From Candidatus Pacebacteria bacterium CG10_big_fil_rev_8_21_14_0_10_44_54 (GTDB lineage: Bacteria; Patescibacteriota; Microgenomatia; UBA1400; PJMF01), in contig PFDI01000021.1 of NCBI GenBank assembly GCA_002772695.1, forward strand, positions 11,495 to 59,597: a DNA stretch of 48,103 bases, given 5' to 3'. The notes below the pieces were generated by a model. That model worked only from the letters and a program-made list of their open reading frames with translations, was not told the DNA's origin and searched no databases. Positions 48,055 through 48,103 of the stretch are shown here, in pieces. Each line of letters starts with the position of its first letter. Position 1 is the stretch's first letter. Position numbers and translations under genes: made by a program.

Positions 48055-48103
48055 CTCCCACTTGCATCGAGCTGCAAAATTGGTATAGAGTATATAGAAC
48101 AGG

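Noticed and set aside
1-48103. Alternative genetic code (TGA read-through)
   Set aside because: Conserved genes are intact under code 11 and several end properly at TGA

Overview
Gene-dense chromosomal segment (standard code, TGA = stop). Gene content and style suggest a Patescibacteria/CPR, Microgenomates-like bacterium; this is an inference. Housekeeping genes include rpsF-ssb-rpsR, prfA, rpmE, dnaB, rpsB-tsf, tgt, yebC, a Xer recombinase, gyrA/ppa/gyrB, holB and pilB-pilT-pilC. There are two tRNAs (Leu-CAA, Ala-GGC), a partial folate/purine set (glyA-folP-folK, folD, purB-purA), one intact and one decayed toxin-antitoxin pair, and several accessory genes. Highlights: (1) a compact cobalamin riboswitch with a visible terminator/antiterminator, leading an unknown helical protein, a surface glycoside hydrolase with lectin-like repeats, and a DUF4430 + DUF6580 putative B12-uptake pair; (2) an unassigned two-state structured RNA leader that can occlude the SD of an HD-domain gene; (3) a 1.16-kb non-coding region with a dif-like 11-6-11 site next to the xer gene, which is itself flanked by AT-rich repeats; (4) -10 boxes only 6-13 nt before many start codons, suggesting near-leaderless transcription. 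No CRISPR array, rRNA or transposase was seen. All calls come from motif recognition by eye, with no database searches.
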